A stretch of 44,925 nt of DNA, taken from the NCBI GenBank assembly GCA_035465595.1, contig DATIVW010000152.1:1-44925 (forward strand). Reading direction: 5' to 3'. Both the position numbers and the translations under genes were made by a program. The DNA is from Rhizomicrobium sp. (lineage in GTDB: Bacteria > Pseudomonadota > Alphaproteobacteria > Micropepsales > Micropepsaceae). Positions 1 through 10,457 of the stretch are shown in pieces; positions within the stretch are counted from its first letter, which is position 1, and each line of letters starts with the position of its first letter. The notes below the pieces were generated by a model that saw only the letters and a list, made by a program, of their open reading frames with translations, had not been told where the DNA came from and ran no database searches.

Positions 1-1
1 C

Positions 2-400
2 TTCGGCGCGGTGCGTACCTATTGCCACTGCTTCTTCGGCCTCGGCGACGGCGGCGCGCTGGCGTTCTTCCAGTTCGAGAAGCCGGAAGACCAGGCGCAG
101 TTCGGGCCGCAAATGCCGTTCTCGCCCTTCCATCACATCGCTCTCAATGTCGATGCGGAGACACAGAAAGGCATCGAGCAGCGCCTGAAGGCGGCCGGCT
201 ACAAGGAGCCGGGGCATTTTGTGCTGGAGCATGGCTATTGCCGCTCGGTCTATGCGACCGATCCCAACGGCATGATCGTGGAGTTCACGCTCGACGCGCC
301 CAAGGCCGCGGAGATCAACGCCGAGCGCCGCAAGAAGGCGCATGCGGAATTGAAGAAGTGGCTTGGCGGCGACCACACCTCCAACAACACCTATCGCTAG
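2..400 (+). CDS. VOC/glyoxalase family protein, 5' end outside window
   Basis: HCFFGLGDGGALAFF, FHHIALNV and SVYATDPNGMIVEF are VOC-type motifs; frame is open to the window edge. Confidence 0.85.
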   Translation, partial: FGAVRTYCHCFFGLGDGGALAFFQFEKPEDQAQFGPQMPFSPFHHIALNVDAETQKGIEQRLKAAGYKEPGHFVLEHGYCRSVYATDPNGMIVEFTLDAPKAAEINAERRKKAHAELKKWLGGDHTSNNTYR

Positions 401-408
401 GAGCGGCC

Positions 409-837
409 ATGGGAACGATCCCGAAAAAGGTTCATCCGCTCATTGACGGCGCGTTTCCACATCACACTTGCCTGATTGGCACGGTGCTGGACAACGGTTT
501 CGCCCAGATCACCCCGCGGGGTTCGACGCAGGTCTACGACGACAACCACATTTCCATATGGGAGCGCGGCCGCGGCACGACCACGGCACTGATGAAGGAC
601 GGCACCAAGACCACCGTATTCTTTTTCGACCTGGGCAAGAAGGACGTGCTGCCCATCGGTGGCCTCGCCCGCTTCTACGGGACCGCGACGATCCACAAAT
701 CCGGCCCGGTCTACGACAGGGTGTGGGAACGCCTGATCGAGCCGGAAAAGAAATCCGATCCGGAGAAGAATGGCTGGGCCGTTCTGATCAAGATCGATCG
801 CGCCGAAGACCTTCTGGGCCAGCCGCTCACAGACTGA
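409..837 (+). CDS. Pyridoxamine 5'-phosphate oxidase-like (FMN-binding split barrel) protein
   Basis: ATG at 409 after AGGAG; CLIGTVLDNGFAQITPRGS and ARFYGTATI fit the family. Confidence 0.7.
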   Translation: MGTIPKKVHPLIDGAFPHHTCLIGTVLDNGFAQITPRGSTQVYDDNHISIWERGRGTTTALMKDGTKTTVFFFDLGKKDVLPIGGLARFYGTATIHKSGPVYDRVWERLIEPEKKSDPEKNGWAVLIKIDRAEDLLGQPLTD

Positions 838-860
838 ACAGCACTCAAGGGGAGGATGCC

Positions 861-1226
861 ATGAAGTTCACGACAGCGTTCTGCGTTTGCGCGCTTTTCT
901 CCGCTGGTCTTGCGTCATCGGCTTTCGCGGGCACATGGGATGGGGCTTACGGCAACACGATCGTATCCACCTATTCCAACGGCAATGTGGTGAAAGTCTA
1001 TGTCGAGCCCGACCACACCTATTCCATCACGCTGGGCGACGGCTCAAAGCTGAAAGGCACATGGGCCGACGGCGCGGGCGGAAGCTGCTTCACGGTCACC
1101 GATCCGCCGCCCAAACCGGGCGCGACGCCCACCTGCTTTGTGATCAGGGAATACAAGGTGGGCGACACCTTCGAAGGCTCCGACGCGTTCGGCAGCTTCA
1201 AGGGCGTAATCAATCCGGGACGCTGA
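861..1226 (+). CDS. Secreted hypothetical protein
   Basis: GGAGG RBS; signal peptide MKFTTAFCVCALFSAGLASSAFA; two Cys in the mature part. Confidence 0.75.
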   Translation: MKFTTAFCVCALFSAGLASSAFAGTWDGAYGNTIVSTYSNGNVVKVYVEPDHTYSITLGDGSKLKGTWADGAGGSCFTVTDPPPKPGATPTCFVIREYKVGDTFEGSDAFGSFKGVINPGR

Positions 1227-1241
1227 AAGCGCTCGCCAACC

Positions 1242-2102
1242 TCACGTGAAGACGATTGTGCGGTTGCCGTCGAGCACGACGCGATGCTCGGCGTGCCACT
1301 TTACGGCGCGCGCGAGCACACGGCTTTCGATGTCGCGCCCGACCGCCGCCATGTCCTCCGCCGACATGGCGTGCGTCACGCGGTCCACTTCTTGCTCGAT
1401 GATCGGTCCTTCATCCAAAGCGTCGGTCACATAGTGCGCCGTGGCGCCGATCAGCTTCACGCCGCGGTCATGCGCCTGCTGGTAGGGCCGCGCGCCCTTG
1501 AAGCTGGGCAGGAAGGAATGATGGATGTTGATGATGCGCCCGCGCCAGCGATCGCTGAATTCGCGCGACAGCACCTGCATGTAGCGCGCGAGCACGACGA
1601 GATCGATCTTCTTCGCCGCGAGGATCTCCTCCAGCGCTGCCTCCTGCTCCGCCTTGTTGTCCCCCGTCACCGGCAGGTAGCGGAAAGGAATGCCGTTCGC
1701 CGCCGCCACATCCGCGAAATCGCGATGATTGGACACGATCAGTGGAACCTCGATCGGCAGCGCGCCGATGCGCAGGCGATAAAGCAGGTCCACCAGGCAA
1801 TGGCCGAACTTCGACACCATGATGACGGTGCGCGTCTTGCGCGCGGCATCGTGGAAATGCGCATCCATCGCGAATTCGCGCGCGATGCCGGCAAACCCTG
1901 CCTCCACGTCGGCGACCGTGCGCCCTTCGGGCAGGGCAAACGACGTGCGCAAGAAGAAGCGGTCATTCGCGCGATCGCCGAATTGCGAGCTGTCCACGAT
2001 GTTGCAGTCCTGCTCGAACAGGTACCGCGACACTGCCGCCACGATGCCCATCTTGTCGGGACAGGACAGCGTGAGAATTCCGTGGGGCTCAAGTGCACTC
2101 AT
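1242..2102 (-). CDS. purU: Formyltetrahydrofolate deformylase
   Basis: N-terminal ACT domain (SCPDKMGIVAAVS); LARYMQVL, INIHHSFLPSFKGARPY, GATAHYVT motifs. Confidence 0.97.
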   Translation of the reverse strand: MSALEPHGILTLSCPDKMGIVAAVSRYLFEQDCNIVDSSQFGDRANDRFFLRTSFALPEGRTVADVEAGFAGIAREFAMDAHFHDAARKTRTVIMVSKFGHCLVDLLYRLRIGALPIEVPLIVSNHRDFADVAAANGIPFRYLPVTGDNKAEQEAALEEILAAKKIDLVVLARYMQVLSREFSDRWRGRIINIHHSFLPSFKGARPYQQAHDRGVKLIGATAHYVTDALDEGPIIEQEVDRVTHAMSAEDMAAVGRDIESRVLARAVKWHAEHRVVLDGNRTIVFT

Positions 2103-2114
2103 GGCTGAACCTTA

Positions 2115-3287
<1,173 letters not shown>

Positions 3288-3299
3288 TGGCATATGCAG

Positions 3300-3326
3300 T
3301 ATTCGGAATATTCTTCGATAATCGAA
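3300..3326. promoter_or_regulatory. Overlapping palindromes upstream of metK, possible operator
   Basis: TATTCGGAATA (3300-3310), GAATATTC (3306-3313), TTCGATAATCGAA (3314-3326). Confidence 0.4.
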
Positions 3327-3661
3327 ATAAGCGTCACCCGCCACTCCTGCCCGTAAAGGAACGTCGAATTTCCGGAGAATCTCTCGCTGGGTCAAACAGT
3401 TATTTGCTGGCCCTGGGACGCGGGATTGACGCGAGAAGAACTCGCCACCCGCTAAATGTTTCAAATATCGAATTTTTTTTCGGTTTCCGCGGAACTTGCA
3501 GCGGCCCCACCGAAAACCGGGTCCGGCGTTCGATCAGGTCCCCGGGGTTGGTGTTCGGCGGACCGCCGCCGGATTTTTCGCCGTCTGGCGGCATCGGCTC
3601 GGTGAAATTCCACCGCGTGGTGGCGTCGGTCTTTCCGCGGCTTCCCGTGCCTGAGCCGGCA

Positions 3662-4447
3662 TCAAGCCAATACACCCTTGATCACGACATAGAGTCCGAC
3701 GATCGTCACGACGGAGCTGAATATCAAAGTCAATGTTCGGCGATTTGCGGCCAGCTTTCCGGCAAGACGGATGCCGACAAGACCGCCAACCACGCCGCCC
3801 GCGATGAAGAGCGCCGCCAGCATCCAGTCCACCAGGCCGGAAAGCGCGTAACTGATCGCCGTTGTTGCCCCGAACGCCGCGACAGATACAAGAGAAGAAC
3901 CAATTGCATTGAGTAGCGGCATCGATGTGGCGGTGACGAGGCCCGGAACGATCAAGAAGCCGCCTCCGATCCCAAAAAAACCCGACAGCGCGCCGACCCC
4001 GAATCCGGCTCCAGCCAGGGGTGGCAGCAACCGCTTCGCTGACTGCGTATCGAGGCGGACAGCGGGCTGGTCGCCGCCGCGATGCGGTCGCAACATCAGC
4101 GCGGCGATGGCGATCATCAGGACGCCGAACCCGGCGAGCAACTTCGCGCCATCAATGGCCTTGCCGAATTCTGCCCCAATGGCCGCACCGGCTATACCGA
4201 AGATTGCGAAGACGGTGGCACAGGGCCATTTCACGTTCTTGTCCCGCGCATGCCCCAGCAGATTGATGAACGCATTCGCCGCCACCGCCACAGCGCTGGT
4301 GCCGATGGCAACATGCGGCGACGACACGCCAACGACATATGCCATCAACGGAACCGCAAGGATCGAACCGCCACCACCGATAAGGCCGAGCGAGGCGCCC
4401 ACGAGACCGCCGGATAGCAAGGCCAGAATGATCTGCAGGGTCGTCAT
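3662..4447 (-). CDS. tauE: TauE/SafE family sulfite exporter
   Basis: Two repeats of the G-rich motif (GLIGGGGSILAVP; GFFGIGGGFLIVP); multi-TM; sulfur cluster context. Confidence 0.9.
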   Translation of the reverse strand: MTTLQIILALLSGGLVGASLGLIGGGGSILAVPLMAYVVGVSSPHVAIGTSAVAVAANAFINLLGHARDKNVKWPCATVFAIFGIAGAAIGAEFGKAIDGAKLLAGFGVLMIAIAALMLRPHRGGDQPAVRLDTQSAKRLLPPLAGAGFGVGALSGFFGIGGGFLIVPGLVTATSMPLLNAIGSSLVSVAAFGATTAISYALSGLVDWMLAALFIAGGVVGGLVGIRLAGKLAANRRTLTLIFSSVVTIVGLYVVIKGVLA

Positions 4448-4752
4448 TTGCAGTACAGCTCCTTAAGGAGCTTGAGAGAACGCTGCATGCGTGAATCACG
4501 CACGAGCTTGTAATAGATGGTCTGCGACTCTCGGCGGGTTTCCACCACTGCCGCCGTACGCAACTTGGCCAAGTGCTGCGACAAAGCCGACTGGCTGAGC
4601 CCAACCGCTTCGGACAGCGCGCCAACCGACACTTCGCCGGACTGCATCAGCTCGCAAAGTATCAAAAGGCGCTTGTCGTTGGCGAGCAGCAGCAAAAATT
4701 CTGCTGCCTGTCCGGCATTTTTCCTGAGACGTTCCAGCTCGCCCCGCCGCAT
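4444..4752 (-). CDS. ArsR/SmtB family persulfide-sensing repressor (BigR/SqrR-like); alternative start 4782
   Basis: SQSALSQHLAKLR helix-turn-helix; the two BigR-type Cys in RLLILCEL and ELYCK. Confidence 0.88.
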   Translation of the reverse strand: MRRGELERLRKNAGQAAEFLLLLANDKRLLILCELMQSGEVSVGALSEAVGLSQSALSQHLAKLRTAAVVETRRESQTIYYKLVRDSRMQRSLKLLKELYCK

Positions 4753-4770
4753 CTTTCCATCCACACTTGC

Positions 4771-4797
4771 TAAATTAGCCATAGCTTATATATATAA
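4771..4797. promoter_or_regulatory. Putative ArsR-type operator between the repressor and PDO genes
   Basis: ATTAG-N6-CTTAT imperfect inverted repeat and perfect palindrome TTATATATATAA (4786-4797). Confidence 0.55.
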
Positions 4798-4824
4798 ATG
4801 ATCAAGGAGCAAGGATGAATTCCA

Positions 4825-5712
4825 ATGCCCGCCAAACCAGCGATTTCCGCCTATTTTGACGAGGCCACCAATACGGTGACCTATCTTGTCGCCGACCCGC
4901 AGTCGGGCGAGGCCGCAGTCATCGATCCGGTGCTGGACTTCGACCATCGCAATGGCAACGCCTCGGCACAATCCGCCCGAAAAATCCTGGAAGAGGCGAA
5001 AAGGCGTGGACTAAAGATTGTGTGGGTGCTGGAAACGCACGCCCACGCCGACCATCTTACCGCTGCGAGCTTCATCAAAGCCCAAACCGGCGCCAGGATC
5101 GCCATCGGAGACCGCATCGGAACTGTCCAAGGCGTCTTCCGCCAGGTATTCAACCTGCCCAACGTCTCCATCGACGGCGCCGAGTTCGACCGGCTTTTGA
5201 AGGATGGCGACGCGCTTTCGCTTGGCAAGCTGACAATTGAAGTGCTTCACACCCCGGGACACACGCCGGCTTGTGTCAGCTACAGAATCGGCGATGCGGT
5301 GTTCGTTGGCGACACGCTTTTCATGCCCGATTATGGGACGGCACGCACGGACTTTCCCGGCGGCGATGCCGCAACGCTCTATCGATCGATCAAGAAGATC
5401 CTGCGTCTCCCGCCCGGGACGCGCCTCTTCATGTGCCATGACTACAAGGCGCCCGGCCGGGACCATTTCGCATGGGAAACGACCGTTGCGGAGGAACGTG
5501 AGAAAAACATCCACATTCGCGATGGCATAAGCGAAAATGAGTATGCGGACATGCGCAACAAGCGCGATGCAACACTTGCCGCGCCCGTGCTTCTCCTCCC
5601 GTCAATCCAGGTGAACATCCGGGCGGGCCGCTTGCCCGAGCCTGAAGACAACGGCACGCGCTACCTGAAAATCCCGCTGCGGCCGGATGAAGACCTGAAG
5701 TCCATTGCCTAA
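4825..5712 (+). CDS. Persulfide dioxygenase (ETHE1/Blh-like MBL fold)
   Basis: ETHAHADH, HTPGHTPAC, GDTLFMPDYGTARTDFPGG, MCHDY motifs. Confidence 0.92.
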   Translation: MPAKPAISAYFDEATNTVTYLVADPQSGEAAVIDPVLDFDHRNGNASAQSARKILEEAKRRGLKIVWVLETHAHADHLTAASFIKAQTGARIAIGDRIGTVQGVFRQVFNLPNVSIDGAEFDRLLKDGDALSLGKLTIEVLHTPGHTPACVSYRIGDAVFVGDTLFMPDYGTARTDFPGGDAATLYRSIKKILRLPPGTRLFMCHDYKAPGRDHFAWETTVAEEREKNIHIRDGISENEYADMRNKRDATLAAPVLLLPSIQVNIRAGRLPEPEDNGTRYLKIPLRPDEDLKSIA

Positions 5713-8700
5713 CGGTTCTCCGGCGCGGCGATGATTGGGCGATCCGCGTCGCGCAACCAGACATAAATTGCCGGTATCACAAGCACCGTCAGAAGTGTGG
5801 AAGACGCCAGGCCAAAGAGCAGCGAGATCGCCAGTCCCTGAAAAATCGGATCGGTAAGGATCGTGGCCGCACCAATCATCGCGGCCAGGGCGGTCAAGAG
5901 GATCGGGCGGAAACGCGTGGCGCCGGCATCCAGCAGAACATCCCGCAAAGTCTTGCCGCCTTCTTTCGTACCATGACGGATGAAGTCCACCAGCAGAATC
6001 GAGTTCCGCACGATGATGCCGGCCAGGGCGATGAATCCGATCATCGATGTCGCGGTGAATGGCGCGCCAAATAGCCAGTGACCGAGCACAATGCCGATCA
6101 ATGTCAGCGGAATGGGTGTCAGGATCACCAGCGGAAGCTTGAAGCTGCCGAACTGTGCCACAACGAGGACATAGATGCCGAGCAGGGCAACGAAGAATGC
6201 CGCCCCCATGTCGCGGAAGGTGACGTAGGTGACTTCCCATTCGCCATCCCACAACAGTGACGGCTTCGCTTCGTCGGCCGGTTGCCCGTGAAACAGGATT
6301 GTCGGCCGCGGGGCGCTTGCCCAGTCGTGCTCTTTGATCAGCCTGTCCACCGCGAACATGCCATAGATGGGGGACTCGAATTCTCCGGCGAGTTCCGCCG
6401 TCACCATGTCGGCATAGTGGCCGTCGCGGCGGAAGATCACCGGCGAACCCGTCTCTTCCTTCACACTCACCACGTCGCCAAGCTCCACCACCGCCTTGTT
6501 TCCGGGCTGCGCGTTTGCCGGAACAGGCGTAGATGCGAGCTTTTGGGACCAGGAAAGATCGCTTTTGGGCTCGCGCACCACGATTGGGATGGGATCGCGA
6601 TCTTCGCCGCGGTGGGAATAGCCGACCACCTGCCCGCCAAGCAAAGCGTTCAGCGTGTCGTAAACATCCGACTGCTCGACACCGAAATATTCGAGCTTGT
6701 CCTGATCAATGGATATGCGCAGACGCGGGCGTGGATCGCCCCAGGAATTGTCTACGTCCACGATATAGGGAACCGCCTTGAAGAGATTTTCGACTTCCTT
6801 CGCGACGGCACGGCGCGTCTTCGTGTCCGGCCCATATATCTCCGCAAGCAATGTCGAGAGCACCGGCGGCCCGGGCGGGACCTCCACGACCTTTACGACC
6901 GTACCCTTCGGAAACTGCAGCGCATCAAGCTTTTGGCGCAGGTCAAGCGCGATCGCGTGACTTTCGCGGTTGCGCTCGGACTTGTCGGCGAGATTGACCT
7001 CCAATTCGCCCATCTCCGGCTGGGCGCGCAGGTAGTAGTGGCGAACGAGACCATTGAAGTTGAACGGCGCGGCCGTCCCGGCATAAGCCTGGATCGACAT
7101 CACCTCCGGCAGCGTTTTCGCCACGCGCGCCGCGCGGAACAGCGCTTGTGCAGTATCTTCGGTGGGCGCACCCTCCGGCAGGTCAACCAGGACTTCCATC
7201 TCGGATTTGTTGTCGAAAGGCAAAAGCTTGACCGTCACATTCTCAGTATAGAACAGCACGCAGACGAGACCGGTCGCGCCGGCAACGTAAGCGAGAAAGC
7301 GCCTGGCGCTGCGCCGATCACGCACAACAAGAGACGCTATCGTTCGATAGAGTGCACCCAGCCTGCCCTCGCCGTGATGTTCCCGTGCGTGACGTTTGCG
7401 CTGTTTGCCCGAGAATTTGAGAAGCGCCCATGGCGCAATCACCATTGCTACGAAGAAGGAGAACAGCATCGCCGCCGATGCATTCACCGGGATAGGCGCC
7501 ATGTAAGGTCCCATCATGCCCGAGACGAACAGCATCGGGAGAAGCGCCGCCACCACGGTGAGCGTGGCTACGACCGTCGGGTTACCGACTTCCGCTACGG
7601 CTTCGATGGCGGCCGTCATCCGGTCGCGGCCGTCCTGCATCGCCCAGTGCCGCGCGATGTTCTCCACCACCACGATCGCGTCATCCACAAGGATGCCGAT
7701 GGAGAAGATCAGCGCGAACAGGCTCACGCGATTGATCGTGTAACCCATCAGGTTGGCGGCAAAGAGCGTCAGCAAAATGGTCGTGGGAATCACCACGAGC
7801 GTTACCCCGGCTTCCCGCCAACCAATGGCAAACCCTATGAGAAGAACAATGGAAACCGTCGCAAGCCCCAGATGGAAGAGAAGCTCGTTCGCCTTGTCGT
7901 CGGCGGTTTTTCCGTAGTCGCGCGTCACTTCGACATTGACGTCGGATGGCACAAGCGATTGACGCAAGACGTTCATGCGCTTCACGAGCGCGTCGGACAC
8001 GACCACGGCGTTGGCACCGGCGCGTTTGGCAAACGCCACAGTCGCGGCAGGCACGGCTGCCCAGTCGTCTTTTCGCGCCATGGACCAGACATGATGCTCC
8101 GTCGGGCTCGGGCCGATCACGACCTTTGCAAGATCGCGCACATAGACCGGGCGGCCGTCGCGCGTAGTGATAAGCAGCAGGCCTATATCCGGAACGCCCG
8201 ACAGCGTGCGGCCCGCTGTTGCCTCATACATCCTTCCGTGCTCGCGCAACTGGCCGGCCAGGAATGAGCGGTTGGCGCCCTGAAGCTTCGCCTCAAGCTG
8301 CTGCAGCGTGACACCATAGAGCGCAAGCTTGTCGGGGTCAGGCTCCACGCTGATTTCGTTCGGCATGCCGCCGGAAATGTAAGAGAGCCCGACATTGTCG
8401 ACCTTCATCAACTCCGACTGCAGCTTCCCCGCCAGCTCGTAGAGATCCTTTTCGTTCCACCGGGCTGCGGCGGCAGGTTTCGGCGACAGCGTCATGGTGA
8501 CGATCGCCACGTCATTGATGCCGCGCGCGATGATCAGCGGCTCGGGAATTCCGGCCGGTATCCTGTCATAGTTCGCGCGGATCTTTGCCTGCACGCGCAG
8601 GATTGCGTCATCTTCACTGGTACCGGTGAAAAAGCGCACCGTCACCATCACACGATCATCTTGCGTCTGGCTGTAGACGTGCTCGACGCCGTTGATGCCT

Positions 8701-8930
8701 TTGACGATATTCTCCAGCGGTTTGGTGACGAGTTCGGCGGCGTCCGGCGCTTTCAATCCGTTGGCCTGTACGAATATGTCGACCATCGGCACGCTGATCT
8801 GCGGCTCTTCCTCACGCGGAATAACCGCCAGCGCGATGATGCCGAACACAATGGCCGCAAGTAGAAACAGCGGCGTCAACGGCGACTGAATCGTGGCGCG
8901 CGTAAGCCGCCCGGAGAGCCCCAACTTCAT
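5709..8930 (-). CDS. RND efflux permease
   Basis: 1073 aa; PREEEPQI, GILVDDAIVVVENI, RFRPILLT. Confidence 0.95.
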   Translation of the reverse strand: MKLGLSGRLTRATIQSPLTPLFLLAAIVFGIIALAVIPREEEPQISVPMVDIFVQANGLKAPDAAELVTKPLENIVKGINGVEHVYSQTQDDRVMVTVRFFTGTSEDDAILRVQAKIRANYDRIPAGIPEPLIIARGINDVAIVTMTLSPKPAAAARWNEKDLYELAGKLQSELMKVDNVGLSYISGGMPNEISVEPDPDKLALYGVTLQQLEAKLQGANRSFLAGQLREHGRMYEATAGRTLSGVPDIGLLLITTRDGRPVYVRDLAKVVIGPSPTEHHVWSMARKDDWAAVPAATVAFAKRAGANAVVVSDALVKRMNVLRQSLVPSDVNVEVTRDYGKTADDKANELLFHLGLATVSIVLLIGFAIGWREAGVTLVVIPTTILLTLFAANLMGYTINRVSLFALIFSIGILVDDAIVVVENIARHWAMQDGRDRMTAAIEAVAEVGNPTVVATLTVVAALLPMLFVSGMMGPYMAPIPVNASAAMLFSFFVAMVIAPWALLKFSGKQRKRHAREHHGEGRLGALYRTIASLVVRDRRSARRFLAYVAGATGLVCVLFYTENVTVKLLPFDNKSEMEVLVDLPEGAPTEDTAQALFRAARVAKTLPEVMSIQAYAGTAAPFNFNGLVRHYYLRAQPEMGELEVNLADKSERNRESHAIALDLRQKLDALQFPKGTVVKVVEVPPGPPVLSTLLAEIYGPDTKTRRAVAKEVENLFKAVPYIVDVDNSWGDPRPRLRISIDQDKLEYFGVEQSDVYDTLNALLGGQVVGYSHRGEDRDPIPIVVREPKSDLSWSQKLASTPVPANAQPGNKAVVELGDVVSVKEETGSPVIFRRDGHYADMVTAELAGEFESPIYGMFAVDRLIKEHDWASAPRPTILFHGQPADEAKPSLLWDGEWEVTYVTFRDMGAAFFVALLGIYVLVVAQFGSFKLPLVILTPIPLTLIGIVLGHWLFGAPFTATSMIGFIALAGIIVRNSILLVDFIRHGTKEGGKTLRDVLLDAGATRFRPILLTALAAMIGAATILTDPIFQGLAISLLFGLASSTLLTVLVIPAIYVWLRDADRPIIAAPENR

Positions 8931-9931
8931 GGCCGAAGCAGCCGATCGCCGGGTTTGAGGCCTGAGAGAATCTCAAGGCCGTTGCCAAGTTTCGGCGTCG
9001 GCCATTCCTGTCCGCGCTGCACAGGAACGTCGATCGCGCCGGAATCGCGCGTCCACACCCGCGCATAATCGATGCCGAAACGGGTTGTGATGAGGTCTTC
9101 CGGGACAACTATGGCGTTGCGCCTTCCCGCCGACATCCAAACGCGCACGCGCTCGCCCACGAAATAATCCGCAAGACCGGCCACGGTCGCATCTGCCACG
9201 ACATGGCCGTTATCGACTTGCGGATAGATCAGCTTGATCTTTCCGTATTGGGGGCCCTTGAGGCCGACATCCGCGCCGTCCAGTCGTACCGGGTCGCCGA
9301 CTTTCAGAAATCGCGCATGTCGTTCGGGAATCTGCAGACGCAACACAAAGTCCTGTTCCGCGACCGTCGCGATGACATCACCAGGCATGACAACGGTGCC
9401 CGCGGTGACCGGTACCGTAATCACGCGGCCGGAAGTCGGTGCCAGCACCTGGCCCTGTGTTTGCTGTTCCTGGACAACGGAGCGCTGCGCCGCGATCGAT
9501 TTCAGATTGCTCTGAGCGACATTGTAGTTTGTCCGCGCCTGGTCGGCAGCGTTTCTGGAAATAGCGCCGGCGGCAATCAGCCGTTGCGCACGATCAAACT
9601 CGACCTTCGCTTGCGCAAGCTGCGCCTGGGCCGCCTGCACCTGCGCCTGATAGGAGCCGACTTCCAGCGAGAGCTTCTGGTCTCCCACCAGCGCGATCCC
9701 CTGCCCCCGATCGACGTGGTCCCCCTGGCGAACCTTCAATTCGATTATTGTGCCGCCGGTGCGCACGCGCGCCGGCACGACATAGGCAGACTGGATGGTG
9801 GCGAAGACAGATTTCTCGTCCGCAATCTGCGTCTGATGAACCACATAGACTGAAGGCTGCGGCCCATTGTGCATCGCCGGCTGCGCTGCGAGCCCAAGAA
9901 AGCCGAGTAAGCCGATGAGCCAGTGCAGCAT
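8927..9931 (-). CDS. RND periplasmic adaptor (MFP)
   Basis: Hydrophobic N-terminus from ATG 9931; lipoyl-like halves flanking a coiled coil; ATGA overlap with the RND gene. Confidence 0.92.
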   Translation of the reverse strand: MLHWLIGLLGFLGLAAQPAMHNGPQPSVYVVHQTQIADEKSVFATIQSAYVVPARVRTGGTIIELKVRQGDHVDRGQGIALVGDQKLSLEVGSYQAQVQAAQAQLAQAKVEFDRAQRLIAAGAISRNAADQARTNYNVAQSNLKSIAAQRSVVQEQQTQGQVLAPTSGRVITVPVTAGTVVMPGDVIATVAEQDFVLRLQIPERHARFLKVGDPVRLDGADVGLKGPQYGKIKLIYPQVDNGHVVADATVAGLADYFVGERVRVWMSAGRRNAIVVPEDLITTRFGIDYARVWTRDSGAIDVPVQRGQEWPTPKLGNGLEILSGLKPGDRLLRP

Positions 9932-9939
9932 GCATCGGG

Positions 9940-10290
9940 TCAGCGCTTCTCGCGCGCCTTTCCTGTCGCAGGATCGATGCAGACCGTCGGAAGCCCGCTC
10001 GCTTTCCAAGCCTGAATGCCACCCTTCATGTGGCTATCGAAAGCAAGTCCGGCCATCTCGCACGCAGCAACCGCTTTTGCGGAACGCATGCCCGAGCCGC
10101 ACTGGAAAACGATCTTAAGATCTTTGGGTTCCGGCAGCGCACCGGGATCGAAGGAAGAGAGCGGAAACAGCAGTGCACCTTGAATGTGTTCCGCCTCGTA
10201 CTCGGCGGGCTCGCGCACATCGATGAGCATGATCGATTTCTCCGCCAGCCAGCGGGCAACATCTTTTGGGTCGAGATTCTGCAGCGGCAT
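9940..10290 (-). CDS. Single-domain rhodanese
   Basis: LIDVREPAEY and active-site loop CGSGMRS. Confidence 0.92.
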   Translation of the reverse strand: MPLQNLDPKDVARWLAEKSIMLIDVREPAEYEAEHIQGALLFPLSSFDPGALPEPKDLKIVFQCGSGMRSAKAVAACEMAGLAFDSHMKGGIQAWKASGLPTVCIDPATGKAREKR

Positions 10291-10396
10291 GAGTTCCTTC
10301 TCCTTGGGCGCTTGACTGCGGCGTCCGGCGTGCGAATGGCCGAAGGGCCATAGTAGATTTTGTAAATTAGAAAACTACATCGGCGCATGGCCTTCA

Positions 10397-10410
10397 TTGC
10401 GGTCGATCAA
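10397..10410 (+). promoter_or_regulatory. FNR/FixK-type box upstream of sqr
   Basis: TTGC-GGTCGA-TCAA; -10-like CACAAT at 10432-10437 at class II spacing. Confidence 0.6.
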
Positions 10411-10457
10411 CGAAGGCAAAACGGAGCTGAGCACAATATAAGAGAGGAGACGTGCCG

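Noticed and set aside
3294-3480. SAM-II or SAM/SAH riboswitch upstream of metK
   Set aside because: I could not find the conserved cores on the coding strand; an Rfam scan would settle it
3503-3513. GGCCCCACCGA also at 39972-39982 as a possible att repeat
   Set aside because: Only 11 bp, GC-rich, and at the tRNA 5' end; expected by chance
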